Source: Carcharhinus longimanus (Eukaryota). From it: a stretch of 64,000 nucleotides of DNA. A program made the translations under genes and the position numbers. Shown here piece by piece: positions 48,820 through 62,131 of the stretch. The notes below the pieces were generated by a model. It saw nothing but the letters and a program-made list of their open reading frames with translations. It had not been told where the DNA came from and searched no databases. The DNA is taken from contig JASCQW010000105.1 of NCBI GenBank assembly GCA_030264375.1, forward strand, positions 46,111,031 to 46,175,030, in the 5' to 3' direction. How positions within the stretch are numbered: the first letter of the stretch is position 1; every line of letters starts with the position of its first letter.

Positions 48820-49760
48820 ATGCGCAGAACAGAAACAGGCTGAGGTCCAACTGTCAATTGCAAGCATTTATGACCCACGTGTCTCCTCACCCATCTCTGT
48901 AGCTAATTTATATAGAGGTAACCTTTCAATTCCTTTCTCTTTCATATGTTTATTCAGCTTCCCTTTAAGTACATCTATGCCATTCAATTCAACTATTCTA
49001 TGTAGTTTGTCCCACATTTCTACTGCTTCTTGGATAAAGAAGTTTCTCTTGAATTCCTGATTGGATTTATTACTGACTATCTTATATTTATGGCCCCTAT
49101 TTATGACTCATCCACAAGTATAAACATTCTCTCTCCATCTAACCAATCAAATCCTTCCATTATCTGAAAGACCTCAGTCAGGTCACCTCTCAAGCTTCTC
49201 TTTTCCAGCAGTAGGAACCCCACCCATCTTCAGTCACTTCTGGAAAACATTTCTTCTGAGTTATCATACCAGCCTTGTAAAGTTTCTTTGTACCATCTCC
49301 AGTCCCTCTACGTTATTTTTTATATACAATCTATCGATCAGAACTGTTCACAATATCAGGGCAATAGGCCCATATAAGAAAAATGTAAATCAAAGGCTGG
49401 AGTTCATTTATAGCTGGATAGAATTGAAAACTTGAACTGAGCCTTGTTCAGATCACACTTGGAGTCTAAATTGACATTTATTTTGCAACCACTCACCCAT
49501 TCTTGCAAGGTTATTGATGCTTTCTTGCATTTTATCATCTTCCTCAAGATATTCAATTGTACTAACTGTGTTAACATTTCAAAGGATTATGTTAAATCAT
49601 AATCAGCATTTAATCATGTTAGCATTCCATTTTGTAACTACTGAGAATCACTTTTCTGAAAATTAAAATAGTACATCAAGAACATTACCTTTATCTAAAC
49701 TTTTTACTTCTTGAAAGAATTCACAAAACTTGGTCACTCAAGACTTTCCCTTTCAAAATC
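48820..49760 (-). mobile_element. Decayed CR1-type LINE 3' region
   Basis: ttctggataaagaagtttctcttgaattc...tatggcccct...aagacctcagtcaggtcacctctcaagcttctc is antisense CR1 C-terminal sequence. Confidence 0.7.
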
Positions 49761-50760
49761 CATGCCAACCCTCTTGTATTTTTGGAGTTCAGTTGTTTGT
49801 CTGTTGTATCTTATATCTTCTTATAATGTACACACATCCATATTTTTCAAGAAAGAATGTATGTTTCCATTTTTTTTTCCTTACAGTACCATAAATACTA
49901 ATCATTTATTGTCTCACTAGATCTATATCACACAAGAGTTGTTATTATTAACTCCAAATCCTTTTGCTTGCTGTTAAGTTACCATTTTGCGTGTGTTTTC
50001 CCCCATTGAATAACATAACACTTTGGCTATCTGAGAAGCCAAAATTCTATATAAATAATTCATACAAACTCTCCCTAATCCCGACTGCTTTTCCAGGAAG
50101 TAGAAACTCATTTGACTCACACATGCTATAATGACAAGTTATAAAAAAATTACTTTCAGCATTTAGGATAAAGAATCTGGTGACTTGGTGTGACGACAAA
50201 AATCTCTCCCCCAACAAAATGAAGGAGACAGTCATTGACTTCAGGAAGTGTACTGGAGGACATGCCCCTGTCAACAACATTGCGGACGAAGTGGAATGGT
50301 TGAGAGCTTCATGTTTCTGGCTGTCCAGATCATCAACAACCTGTCCTAATCCTTCCACACTGAGACTACAGTTAAGAAAGCCTACCGACGCTTTACTTTC
50401 TCAAGAGTTTAAAGAAATTTGACATGTCTGCTACGACTCTCACCAACTTTTACAGATGAATCATAGAAAGCATTCTTTCTGGTTGTATCAGAGTTTGATA
50501 TGGCTCCTGCTCTGTCAAAGACTACAAAAAAAACTACAGTCTTGAACAAAGTCCAGTCCACCACACCAAACACCCTCCGATCCATTGATTCTGTTTACTT
50601 TTCCCATTGCCACAGAAAAACTGCCAACATAATCAAAGACCCACGTATCCCAGGCATACACTCCTTCATCTTCTCCCATCAGGAAAAAGATAAAAAAAGA
50701 GGATATGCACCAATCGACTCAAGCTTCTTCTCTGCTGACATCAAACTGACATCAAACTAG

Positions 50761-50899
50761 AACTCTCCATTCACCTGACGAAGAGGGAAACCTCGAAAGC
50801 TTGTGAGTCTATTATCAAATAAATCGGTTGGACTAAAACCTGGTGTTGTCAGACTTTTTACTGTGTTTACGCCAGTCCAACACCGGCATATCCACATCA
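50761..50899 (+). mobile_element. PLE pseudo-LTR fragment plus tail, inserted into Rex1 LINE
   Basis: aactctccattcacctgacgaag...aataaatcggttggactaaaacctggtgttgtcagactttttactgtgtttacgccagtccaacaccggcatatccacatca; flanked by repeated acatcaaact. Confidence 0.85.
50769..50808 (+). ncRNA. Minimal type I hammerhead ribozyme with intact core
   Basis: Stem I auucac/gugagu; core CUGACGA; stem II GAGG-gaaa-CCUC; GAAA; palindromic stem III remnant AGCU; predicted cleavage after CUU. Confidence 0.8.
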
Positions 50900-52527
50900 A
50901 ACTTTTGAATACAGCTGTCTCATATTAAGCTGATCTTGCTTTACACCCTAGTTATGACTGTAACATTACATTCTGTGCTGTCTCCTTTCCTTCTCAATGT
51001 ATGGTGTACTTTGTATAGGGTGCAAGAAACAATACTTTTCACTGTACGCTAATACACTTGATAATAATAAATCAAATAAAACTAAATCAAATCATGAAAC
51101 CTGATGCTTATTTTGTTAAAGGAATAGCACCTCCACAGGGGGAAAGTATTAAATAAGACTGGTATGACCAAATTCATTCAGAAAGGTTAATCTGATTGTT
51201 GTTCATTGCTTAGAGTCCAACACCTTGCAAGAGTTTCTTTCAATGTTTTTTGCCTTATATTGATCAGTAGTCAGTGCAATTTGTAAGTCAACTGTCAAAA
51301 TATTCAACCCCTAAATCACCAACAATGGTGTACAAATGCCTTTCTTAACATCAACAGTACAATATTGATCATTTGCACGTAATCATCCCAGCAAGAAGTC
51401 CTGTGGCAATAATGAAGATTGGAGAATAAAACAAAAACCACGGAAATTGCTGTGGGCTCAGATTGACCTGGAAACATTGCACTGAGATGCAAATACACAA
51501 GTCCAAGCTTTATCTTAACCCAATCAATGGTAATTCAAAAAATGGCACCTAATTCTGCATTTGAACTCTGGCACACGATTGGTAAGGTATTAACCTGTAT
51601 CATTTGGAAAAGAGATACCAGTCAGAGCACTCAGTAAAACCTTACTGTTGTTAATTTACATGGACCTTTCTGGACTGATACAGAATATCGAAGTGCATCA
51701 ACCGGAGCACTTCTTCTTGAGCAGTAACCAACTCAACCAAAGAGCCTATGTCCTAAACAATAGAGATTTACAGTCGATCATCATACAGTCCGTTATTCTT
51801 AATGATCTGACCGTGCATAGGGCTCATGAAATAGAGTTGGCTTTATCTACGTTGCATCACTCCCAGTAACTAAGTGATAATAATATGCCATTAATATTGC
51901 ATGTAGATCTTTGTAGATTCAACAGCTATTTTTGAGTACGAAAGTAATAAAACAGGTTCAGCAATTCAGAAAGGAGTTATAACTTTGATCTAGAAAAAAA
52001 AATCAGAAAAATGCATGAGAAGGAATTTGAAGGGATGGAAAATTTGCATAATTTGCAGTCATATGAAACAGTAAGTTAAAGCAGTAGGCTGAATATCAAT
52101 AGTTGAATGCCAGAGGAGATATGGAAAAAATACATTAAGACAGAACTGGTTAAATATAGGAAACTATGAATGCTAGTTCTGGGCATTTTTCTAATCTACC
52201 TCCTCATTCTCTGTTTATTGGAATACTGAAATTTCATTTTTAAAAAATCTTGCCAAAGTATTAACTTCATTGTTTCCTTACTTTTTAACCACCCCAGCTG
52301 TTTTGTGCTTAACACCTGCTGTGACATTATTTTGTTAAAGAACGAAAATTTCACTTTCTTTGTAGTAATCAGATACTTGTGCAGTCCTGCAGGAAATTCA
52401 GCAAGTTGTTTCTTTCTGTGCAGGTGAGCAATTTATGTATGTACACTACGTATACTATTCCTACAATCCAAATAAACAAGTTTTTTTTTCCCAGAATTTA
52501 AGCATTTACAAACTCAACAACTGAAGT

Positions 52528-52722
52528 CAAAGGTAAAGATAAAGTAAAGTCACCATAGTTCCAGATAAACATAGGCTGTTGGTGATTTAACCTATGGATC
52601 ACACCTCAAGTGAGGGGCAATGTTCAACCTTCATGAACAATCTCAGTCAGTACAGGAATTGAACCCGCACTGTTGGTGTCTCTCTGCCTTACCAACCAAC
52701 TGTCTAGCCAGCTGAGGTACAC
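52528..52722 (-). mobile_element. tRNA-derived SINE (third type)
   Basis: Antisense head ctcagctggctagacag...gcgggttcaattcctgtactg (A/B boxes) and tail ctatggtgactttactttatctttacc. Confidence 0.7.
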
Positions 52723-52974
52723 CACTCCCAACTCAAGTACAGCAAATCCTGATATCAGTATCTTTCAAACAATCTAAAATACATCAAATTGAAAAACATT
52801 TGGACTTTTTCAAGCTTGCATTTTCCAGCAGTTAGGAGTTGCTCAATTTTTCTCACAATGCCACATGGCGAATAGATAGCAATTGGTTAAGGGTTAAATT
52901 ATTTCATCATTTGCACCATAATTAAGAGCAGAATACGCTTTTACCTTACATACCAAAGGGGTAGCTCACAAATC

Positions 52975-53400
52975 CAAAAGGGTACAGTGGCTATCCAGAC
53001 AAATCCACAAGGGCCAGACCAGCTCCTACCAGGTCCAAATGTGTACACATCTGGTTTCAGGTGACTACCTCACCAAAATCACGAATGGCCTCTCTGTGTG
53101 CAAGAAAATTCAGGCCTAAAACTCAGAGATAATGCACTCCATGTTTCCAGTACAATGTTGAGAAAGTACAGCAAAACTAATGGAATCAAACATGCAAAAT
53201 GCTCACAATCAACCTGTTCAAATTGCAATAACTTGAAGAAAGCAAAAGGACACAATGCACATCTAGACCAGGTTGACTGTAACACCTGGACTTGGTACAG
53301 AATCAACAGCAAATTCACTGAAGTGCCATGGTAGAGAAACAACATTTTCCACTTCAGCAAGCACTCAAAACAAAAGTCATCAAAGGAGCTTCACAACAAC
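52975..53400 (+). mobile_element. Possible decayed LTR-retrotransposon integrase core
   Basis: LRDNALHVSSTMLRKYSKTNGIKH...LKKAK resembles SDNGPQF.S..F..F....GIKH...LKKA. Confidence 0.4.
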
Positions 53401-53477
53401 TCAAGCACAAGAAAGATAATCACCGCATGTACTGAGGCTTCATCCTCTAACAAAACTGATAACGTGAATGGCAGCGT

Positions 53478-54358
53478 AGAGTCATAGAGGTTTATAGCAT
53501 GGAAACAGGCCCTTCAGCCCAAATTGTCCATGCCACCCATTTTTTTAAACACCTAAGATAATCCCAATTGTCCACATTTGGCCATATCCCTCTGTACCCA
53601 TTTTACCCACGTAACTATCTAAATGCTTTTTAAAAGACAAAACTGTACCTGCCTCTTCTACTACCTCTGGCAACTTGTTCCAGACACTCACCACCCTGTG
53701 TGAAAAAATTGCCCCTCTGGACACTTTTGTATCTCTCCCCTCTCACCTTAAACCTATGCCTATGTTTTAGACTCCCCTACCTTTGGGGAAAAAAATATTG
53801 ACTATTTAGTTGATCTGTGCCCCTCATTATTTTACAGACCTCTGTAAGATCACCCCTCAGCCTCCTACACTCCAGAGAAAAAAGTCCCAGTTTATCCAGC
53901 CTCTCCTTATAAGTCAATCCATCAAGTCCCGGTGGCATCCTTAGTAAATCTTTTCTGCATTCTTTCTCATTTAATAATATCCTTTCTATAATAGTATTCT
54001 AAGTGTGGCCTTACCAATGTCTTGTACGACTTCAACAAGACATTCTAACTCCTGTATTCAGTGTTCTGACTAATGAAACCAAGCATGCCGAACGCCTTCT
54101 TCACCACTCCATCCACCGGTGACTCCACTTTTAAGGAACTACGAACATGTAACCCCACCACCCCCCATCTCTTTGTTCTGTAACTCTCCCCAACACCCTA
54201 CCATTAACTAAGTCCTGCCCTTGTTCAATCTATCAAAATGCATCACCTCGCATTTGTCTAAATTAAACTACATCTGCCATTCGTCAGCCCACTGGCCCAA
54301 TTGATCAAGATCCCATCACAATTGGAGGTAACTTTCTTCATTGTCCACTATGCCACAA
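53478..54358 (-). mobile_element. CR1-type LINE 3' ~880 bp
   Basis: Tail agagtcatagaggtttatagcatggaaacaggcccttcagccc; antisense FFTQ.V..VWNKLP, GH.FKVRGE and WA.EWQM.FN.DKCEVMHF motifs. Confidence 0.9.
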
Positions 54359-55446
54359 ATGAAGTAAAAAACTGAAGTAAAAAGGCTGGAAACTTGGAAT
54401 CACTTGGATAATAGTGACTCGGCAAGTTGATAAGATTTGAAGGTTGAGAAGGAACAGATAAGATCTCAACAAAGCATCTGTCATCCAAAATCTAAGGAGA
54501 ACTGATTTAAGAAACTTAAAACACTAGAGCAATAATTTCAATATGAGTTGAAGTAACAATGAATTATAACATAAAACTGCAATCATAAAACAAGTGTGGA
54601 TTTGATCTAGTGTCTAGCGTGTACAATAAAAACTTATACAGCTGTGCTTATTTGAAGTTCGATCAAAAATGTACAGTTTAGTGGAAAGAAAAGAAAGTCT
54701 AATGATACGTCTAAAATTTGAAAAGTCGCTGAGTGATCAGAGATGAATGTTATTTTAAAAGATATCAAGTACTCCCAAAACGGGAATCAACATTTTGAAA
54801 TATAGTTTGAAACATGCAGCCTCCCTGGTGTAGTTGTTAAAAATTTCAGTTTGGCCTCCTGGATGGATTCAAAGCCATACATGACAAGTCTCTATTGGTT
54901 CAGCATATTTTTACTTTGGGTTCTTATAACCCCAGTTCAGCATCCAAAGATCCCTTCTATTATAAAGCACTTTGTAATAATTCTCAATAGCTGTTATATA
55001 CACTGGGTTACTCAAATATTTGGGTAGTCAGAATTAGATTTAACAAACAAACATGATGTGAAATCTGTCTTGAATTCTTACAGGAATATTAACTTGCTAG
55101 TATATATTCAAAGAAAGTGTGTTCATAACATGACCAAGCAGGTTGATAATCAACCTGTAAATCGTTCCAACACACACCAATGCAGGCAGTAAGAACAAGA
55201 TTCCCGGTCGACCATATGACAAAAAGAAATGGGACCTCATCATCAAACTTTTCAGCTCCAAACGACATCATGCATGTAAACGTGCATGTTGTCACAGCAA
55301 CTTGGACTCCCCAAATGACTTGTAACACATCACCACCATCATACCTATGTAAAAGCTCTGCCCTACCAACTACCTAAGGCAAGCATGAACAACGACTTTT
55401 CAAAGCAATTAAAATTTAAAATCTGAGCAGATGTTGTACCACCTCT

Positions 55447-56586
55447 TGGCCTGGATTTTCATTCTGGGTGTGGATAGCAGAGCCAGGAAAATTCTCACCT
55501 AGCCTCAAGAGAAAGGCAAGATCCTTATTGCTGGAGGCGGGTGCAGGCTGCCGTCTGGCCAGTCAACCCAAGCAAAAGTCTGAAGGCTGCCACAGTAGCT
55601 ACTGGAGGAGTGTTGGGCTGTCAAAAATCCTGCCCCAGTCCTTTGCAACTTTGTGCCAGTTAAAATAAAAACACAAAGGTGCAGTCTTCATCCATCACAA
55701 GCTCCACCCTAATAAGTGCTCCCCATTCTTCATCCATATAACCTTGTGCCCCCACTCTACGTGTCCCAATGACACCTCATGCCCTCTATGCTAAGTTCAG
55801 CACTTCCACCCATGCCCTGTGGCCCCCATGCTCACTATAATAGGTTTGACCATTCTGCTTACCTCTTATGGCCCCTCATGCCAAGCAATGATACTTAAAT
55901 GCCCATTGACCCATTATAAATCTTCTAGAACCAATGACCCCAATAAAGACAGCTGGATGTGTAACAAACAATTTTAAAAAGGTATTTCATTCAAACATTC
56001 TCCTATGTGTTGAAAAAAAAAACCATTGCACTACAAGCCAATATGGTGTGTCAATCATGTAGACCATTTAAAGTGTCAACAGCAAAAAAATCCAAACCCT
56101 TGAATCAATTTAATTATTGTAAACAAATATTGTGAAATTAACAGCAGTGATCAGAGACTGGCTTGTCAATCAAACAATGTTTTCAAGGGACACATCTATT
56201 TCAACAATACATACCCTGTCCCTAACTATGCCCAATCCCAAACTACCTGACTATGCTACCTTCAAGCTCCCAGCTGCGACGATCCTGCCACGCCATGACT
56301 ACACCCTAACCTTCCCTGCCCCTTCACCTACTTATCATATACAGTTATCATCTCTGCCTACCTTGCCAAAGTGGCTCTCGGACTTTTAAGCTTACTAGAA
56401 TATCACAACTAGTACCTAAAAAGAGTGACTGTTGTGTTGCTTCCCAAATGTTCCAATAATGGGAAGGCTCTGAGATGCTGCACAGTTCTTAAGTGGCCTG
56501 AGTTGGTGAGAAATGTAGAGTTCTAGTGTGGTGTAAGTAAACAGCAAATTCGGTGATGATTGCCACTCCACAGAACATGTGGCCTA
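55447..56586. mobile_element. Probable large non-autonomous TIR element
   Basis: Begins tggcctggattttc and ends gaacatgtggccta; C-rich ccatgcc-type internal repeats like other GG...CC-ended elements. Confidence 0.4.
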
Positions 56587-58074
56587 TAGTTTCCAAAATT
56601 GCTTTCATTCTGTTTCATACTTCCATATTTTTCTCAATCCTGTTTGCAGTATCCTTCAATGAATTACTCTTATCATATGCTGCTGCATATGAATACTATT
56701 GTTTGATACTCTTTTCCTTTGAAGAAATATTGCTATTTAAAGGCAAGTGCTGTTTTATCTGTTGATTGATGTACTGCAATCTGATTCTTTCTGTGAACTT
56801 TTATATATCACTGCACTACCACTGAACATATTAAGTGGAAATTAAGCATTTTGTTTTCCTTTTGGATATAAACGTGAAGGATTTATAACCTTACACTTCA
56901 CACAGGATTCTGATCAATGAGGTTGTAAGTTGGTCCCTTTTTATACAATTGGACAACACAACTGCATTTCAATCCTTCAAAGCATTTTATGACCAAGATA
57001 GAAAATTTACCATGGAAACTGATGTGATTGGGTATTTAAACAGGCTAGCTGAATTATGATAGCATTTGTATTTGAACTTTCCATTATCTTGCATGCCCAA
57101 ACCACTATGTTGTAGGGAATCCAGAAACAGAATGGCAATATGCTGTCAAAAACAGTCCTGACACATGCAAGTAACATTTGAGAAACAGACTTGCAGCAAA
57201 TGTGTGAATTTTGCGGTTTTGCCTTTTTGTTATTCATTCAAGGAGCGTGGGCCAGCACTTTATTGCCCATCCCTAATTCCCCTGGGAAGGCCAAATTAAC
57301 AATGCCTATGAAAGACAAGGAAGAATTATTTTTTAAATCAACATTATTTCAAAAACATATTGCAATGTGTCTAGCTCTACTGTTCCTTTTGTAGGATTGA
57401 TTGAGTGCAGAGACCAAAATTATCCTACAGCAATGCAACTACGCACTCACTGGGCTAAACAAATGACCCTTTAAAATGATAATGTCCACAGTGGCACTTC
57501 TACAGTCTTGTTTAAATCTGCACAGATTAGACAGAGAACAAATTTAAAACAGATCTACAGCAGGCCAGTGAGCAGCATGGGGGAAAATGGAATGTCATTA
57601 TATTAGTTGGAGTTCTCCCTGAGCTACAATTAATGAATGTTATTTTTTTTCATATCTACATTAAATTTAAACTTGAATGCTGATAATTCAATGAGAGGAA
57701 ACAAGCTCAGGGAACTTACTGAGCCTGACAGAATGGGCAGCTGAAGACACGATTGCAGAGTCACAGTCAATTAATAAGCTTGGGATATTTTGTTTGTTCC
57801 TGCAGATTTCTAAGCTCATTAACTTGTCCAAGACAGTTCTCTTTAAAATTGCTGCACGTTCACTTGAATGTGGTGTTGTGAAAGACAAGTATGTGGTTTC
57901 TACATTAGATTATGCAATAGGTTATAACACATACCTAATAATATTGCATTTTACAACATATATGGTTCCCAAATTTTCTGGCTTACTTGTTAGATTGCTT
58001 AAAAAAAGACTAGTGAAGATGACTTGCACTCGTGCTTTTCCTAATTTTGGACTGTTTCAAAGTGCATTATAGCC

Positions 58075-58185
58075 AATTGAATAGTTCTGAAGTATAGTTA
58101 CTGTTACAATGTGAGAAAAGTGGCAACCAATTTTCTCACAGCAAGTTCTAAAAAGTAATGCGTTCATAATCAGACTTTTTTTCGA
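58075..58185 (-). mobile_element. Deu-domain SINE fragment
   Basis: ttctgaagtatagttactgttacaatgtgagaaaagtggcaaccaattttctcacagcaag parallels 30785-30850. Confidence 0.6.
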
Positions 58186-58499
58186 TGGACTATGTACAGA
58201 AAATGCCAGCTGGTTCCCAGTTTGATTTATCAAGGAACTATTACATATATTTAATTTCATTTAAGTGCATTTTAATTACATATTTAACAATTAATTTAAA
58301 AAGCCAGAGGACTGGTGTAATATTAGTGTTATTTAAAAATGGAAATATAACATATAAAATACAGACCAGTCATCTTAACATCAGTGATCATTAAAATAAT
58401 AGAATTCCCAGCTCAAGGACAAAATAGGAAAACAGCCAGAAATAAACAAAATGGTCAAGACAAAGTCCAAGAGAGAAAGTTAAGCTTGACCAACATCAC

Positions 58500-58985
58500 T
58501 AAGTCCTTAAAGCAATGACAGAGAATAGTTAAGAATAAGGCAGTAGATGTGAATTATTTAGATTTCCAAAAGTTTTTTGTAAGCTTTGTGGGGCCAGAAA
58601 ATGCAGAGTCAGGGGTCACTTAACAGAATGGATAGTTAGTTGATTGCAAGACAGAAAACAAGGAGTAGGAGTAAACAAATCAGAATGGAGAAGATGGAAA
58701 TCAAGGTTCCACAAGGGATGAGGGTTGGGATCATGATTTATATGAACGATTTTGACTTTAGATCAGGAATATAAACAAGTCAGCAAATGTAACAATACAG
58801 GTATTTACAGGAATAGCAAACCAAGCAGTCTGGTTTATTTTTTAGAAGGGTAGAATTGAACAATGAAGTAGTTATACTGAACTTTGTTGAACCTTGATTA
58901 GATCCTTGAAAAGTGGATTACTCTGTACAATTCTGGTCACCATATTATAACAACAATGGAGGAACTAGGAGGCTGCAAAAATGAT
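58500..58985 (+). mobile_element. Decayed CR1-type LINE RT fragment
   Basis: AVDVNYLDFQK...WI.SWL.DRKQ.V...VPQG motifs. Confidence 0.7.
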
Positions 58986-59974
58986 TGACTGTTTTGCAAT
59001 CTCTGGAGATGAATAATTTTTCTGGAGAAATTCAAATTTCCAGTCAATATCTGGAAGGATGATTTCTGATTTTAAGACTTCAACTCTAACAACCACACCA
59101 AAAGCACTTTTGACCAAACATCATTCTTGTCAGCAATTTGCACTTTAAATTATCTAACAAAACTTTTGCCTTTTACTTCTAACACAGCCAAAAAAAAAAC
59201 ACTTCATAGGTATACTTTTCACTGCCTCTTAAGCAGTCATTTAATTCTCCTGGAAGCAATCTGTAGTGAATCTTAAATTTCAATGGTTTACTTTTTTCCT
59301 TTCTCAGTCTTGGAACTCAAACTCAGAAGTATCTTCCAAGTGAGGTTTTATTCCTTGCAGATTATTCCTCTGGCATAAACTTGGCAAAAGTTCTAGCCTC
59401 ATTTTAGCTTCTTTTGAATTCAATATTTTCAAGTTGAGCACAAGCTCTCACCTAAATTCCTGCATGGGGAACCAAAGCATCTTGAAGTCTGCAGGTGCTT
59501 TCCTTCTCCTTGTCAGACTAAGCTTGTCCGAGAGGTCTTGAGGATATCTTAGCCTTTCCACTCTCAAAACTCTGCTTCCTGGTAATGTGAATACATTGGC
59601 TATCCTGGAGAACCCAACTCTTTTTTAACTTGAATGTAAATGGACAGTTCTTTATAACACAGCATTCTCCAACATTTCCTGGGTTTTTAGAGACTGACTG
59701 TTTATCCAATGTTAGCTCACAGACTCTTGTCATTGTCTCCACGTGTTCATTTTGCACCTTATTTATAGTAAAACAGTACAGGCCCACTTTAATATGTTGC
59801 AATCAAAGTCTTTCTGTGAGGCGGAGTTCAGAACAGGTCACATGAGCCCCCTTCATTTTAAGTATAAATTCAAAACACAGTCCCAAAACATGACCGTTTC
59901 ATCTAATAACAACAGGAATACAAGAAATGCTATGTTTTATTTATTAGAAAGGATAAACACATCTTGTATCTCTT

Positions 59975-60370
59975 TTCTTCAGTTAAGAAGAGGTTGTGTA
60001 GTGGGCTAATGGAAGTCTTTAAAATTACGAATGGTTTTGATGGAGTTGACCGAAAATTAATTATTTTCATTTGTGGAAGTGCAAAATGCGAGGCCATTAA
60101 TGGACAAAAGTCACTAAGAAATCAAATAGGAAATTCAGAAGAAACTTCCTTATCTCAGAGGTTGGTGAGAATGTAGAAATTGCTACCAAAGGGGGTGTTT
60201 GATGGAAACAGTTCAACTGCATTTAAGGGGAGACTAGATAGGCATATGAAAATGATGGGCATAGGATGGAAATAGCGGGTTTATTACAGAGAGTTAGATG
60301 CATAAAGTAAGACAAGACTCAAGTGGAGCACAAATGCCAGCATGGACTCATTGGGCCAAATGGCTGTGTA
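59975..60370 (+). mobile_element. CR1-type LINE 3' end
   Basis: KKRLCSGLMEVFKITNGFDGVD...NF..QRLVRM; tail ggactcattgggccaaatggc. Confidence 0.8.
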
Positions 60371-60739
60371 TTTTACCTAATTTTATACAATGGGTGTTAT
60401 AGGTTGGCAGTAGGACTTTTAGTTTTGAAAATGCCACATTATCAATAAGCATTTTTGACGAGCAATTCAAAAGCAGAATATAATTTTTCTTTCTCAAGAA
60501 TGTGCCTCAGCTTATAATGTGTTAAATTTTACCATGGACAAATTAGCCACAGGTCAGACAAGATAGCACTGAATGGCAGAACAAGCTCAAGGGGATAAAC
60601 AGATTATTTCAGTTCCAATGTTCCTTCGTGTTAATTTTTGCCCTTGCATCAGAAAAGTATGCCATTTTACTTCAAAGGTGAAGTGGTCTCAGTCTCAGCA
60701 ACTTCATGTAATAATACATTCCACACTCTACATTCCTGC

Positions 60740-61440
60740 ATAACCTTTCTGCTTGCTCAAAGTAATAATTTTGAATTGATGATCCTTTATCACTGCCTCC
60801 TCAAACAGGGGAAATTGCCTTTCTCTATTTACTGCATCAAACACCTTATTAATTTTTAACTTATCTATTCAATCTTTAATTCTCTTTAAATCTCTGCTTC
60901 AGCCCAAATAACCTGGTACTTCAAGCTTCTATTGAGAGCTGGTTTCCCAACCTAGAATTATACTTTTGAAATCTAAAATTCTGTAAAAGTACCAAAAAGA
61001 ACACAATTTTGATTTCTGTCTGCAGTGCTTTTTGAAAATTTCTTATGACTCATTATTCTTCTATGCTCCATGTATAAAAAATTCAAGTCATGTTTGGCTT
61101 TGTTTTAATGGCTTTATTCACCTTAGGAATTCAGGCATTTGAAGCCATCATGCCCATTAAACATTGAGTGTATAGTCCCCTTTGTGGTTTTTCCTCCCAA
61201 AATATATCATTTACCCACAGTTAGTTACATTATCCTTGTCTATTTTATTAACCTGATAATATATTACTAATTATGTATTTATTTATAGCATTTCTTGAAG
61301 TTTAGCAATCTCTCACTTTCCACTTTTGCATTTTCAGCAAATTTCTAGATTGGGTTCTCTATTTGCATGTGTTGATAATAAAAATGGACCTAGCAATAAC
61401 TCAAGTGTAGATTTCTTCCAGGCCATTTCTAATATGAACA
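60740..61440 (-). mobile_element. Highly decayed CR1-type fragment
   Basis: Antisense remnants (ttttcctcccaaaatatatcattt; cacttttgcattttcagcaaattt). Confidence 0.45.
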
Positions 61441-61464
61441 ACTGTTATCCTTTCAACAAAGGAA

Positions 61465-61560
61465 AATTACTGTGAATGCTGGAAACCTGAAATAAAACAG
61501 AAAATGGCAGAAAAACTTAGCAGCTCTGATGAATGGTCAATGACCTGACATGTTAATTTT
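61465..61560. mobile_element. Fragment of second PLE family with degenerate hammerhead
   Basis: ttactgtgaatgctggaaacctgaaataaaacagaaaatg...ctCTGATGAatggtcaatgacctGACAtgttaa. Confidence 0.55.
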
Positions 61561-62131
61561 GGACCAAATGTTATTTCTGGCTTGCCATTCCGGATGGTGA
61601 AACAGGAAGCAAATGCAACTTCCACTCACTGGTTTTCACACAAATTCAATTAAAATTTTAAGTGATGGAGACATGCGTGGGAGACACATGCAATCATGTG
61701 AAAGGAGAATCTTTTCAGCAATGGAACCCACCATCAATTCCCAATGTAGCAGGTATGGATGGACCATAATAGAACCTCCTGGACAAATGGGGAAGCTCTT
61801 CATCATGGCCATATCTTGGCTGCCCATTAACAAAATACTTAGAGAGAGCATACAGGTGGGTCCAGGTATAACTCAAATTTAAATTTCAAATGTAAATATT
61901 TACCATGACATTGGTTTTATTTTATTTATGTGTACATCATTTTTTTTGTTTGGAGCTAACCCAGTCAGAGAGCTAATTGTACTGGTACACATTATGGTTG
62001 GTATACATTGGAAAGTTATTGTGGAAAAAATTGATGCTACATTTTTATATTCACTCTTCACTGAATGTTCATGTTAGTATCTATTGTTGCACTCTCCATT
62101 CTGAGAGACATGATTGAACTTGCAGGCTCAG

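Larger units (their letters stand above)
50171..51093 (+). mobile_element. Rex1/Babar-type LINE 3' fragment
   Basis: LVTWCDDKNLS.NKMKETVIDFRK motif, later FY...IESILSGCI, and a tail ending ttttcactgtac...gataataataaatcaaat; contains a PLE insert. Confidence 0.8.
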
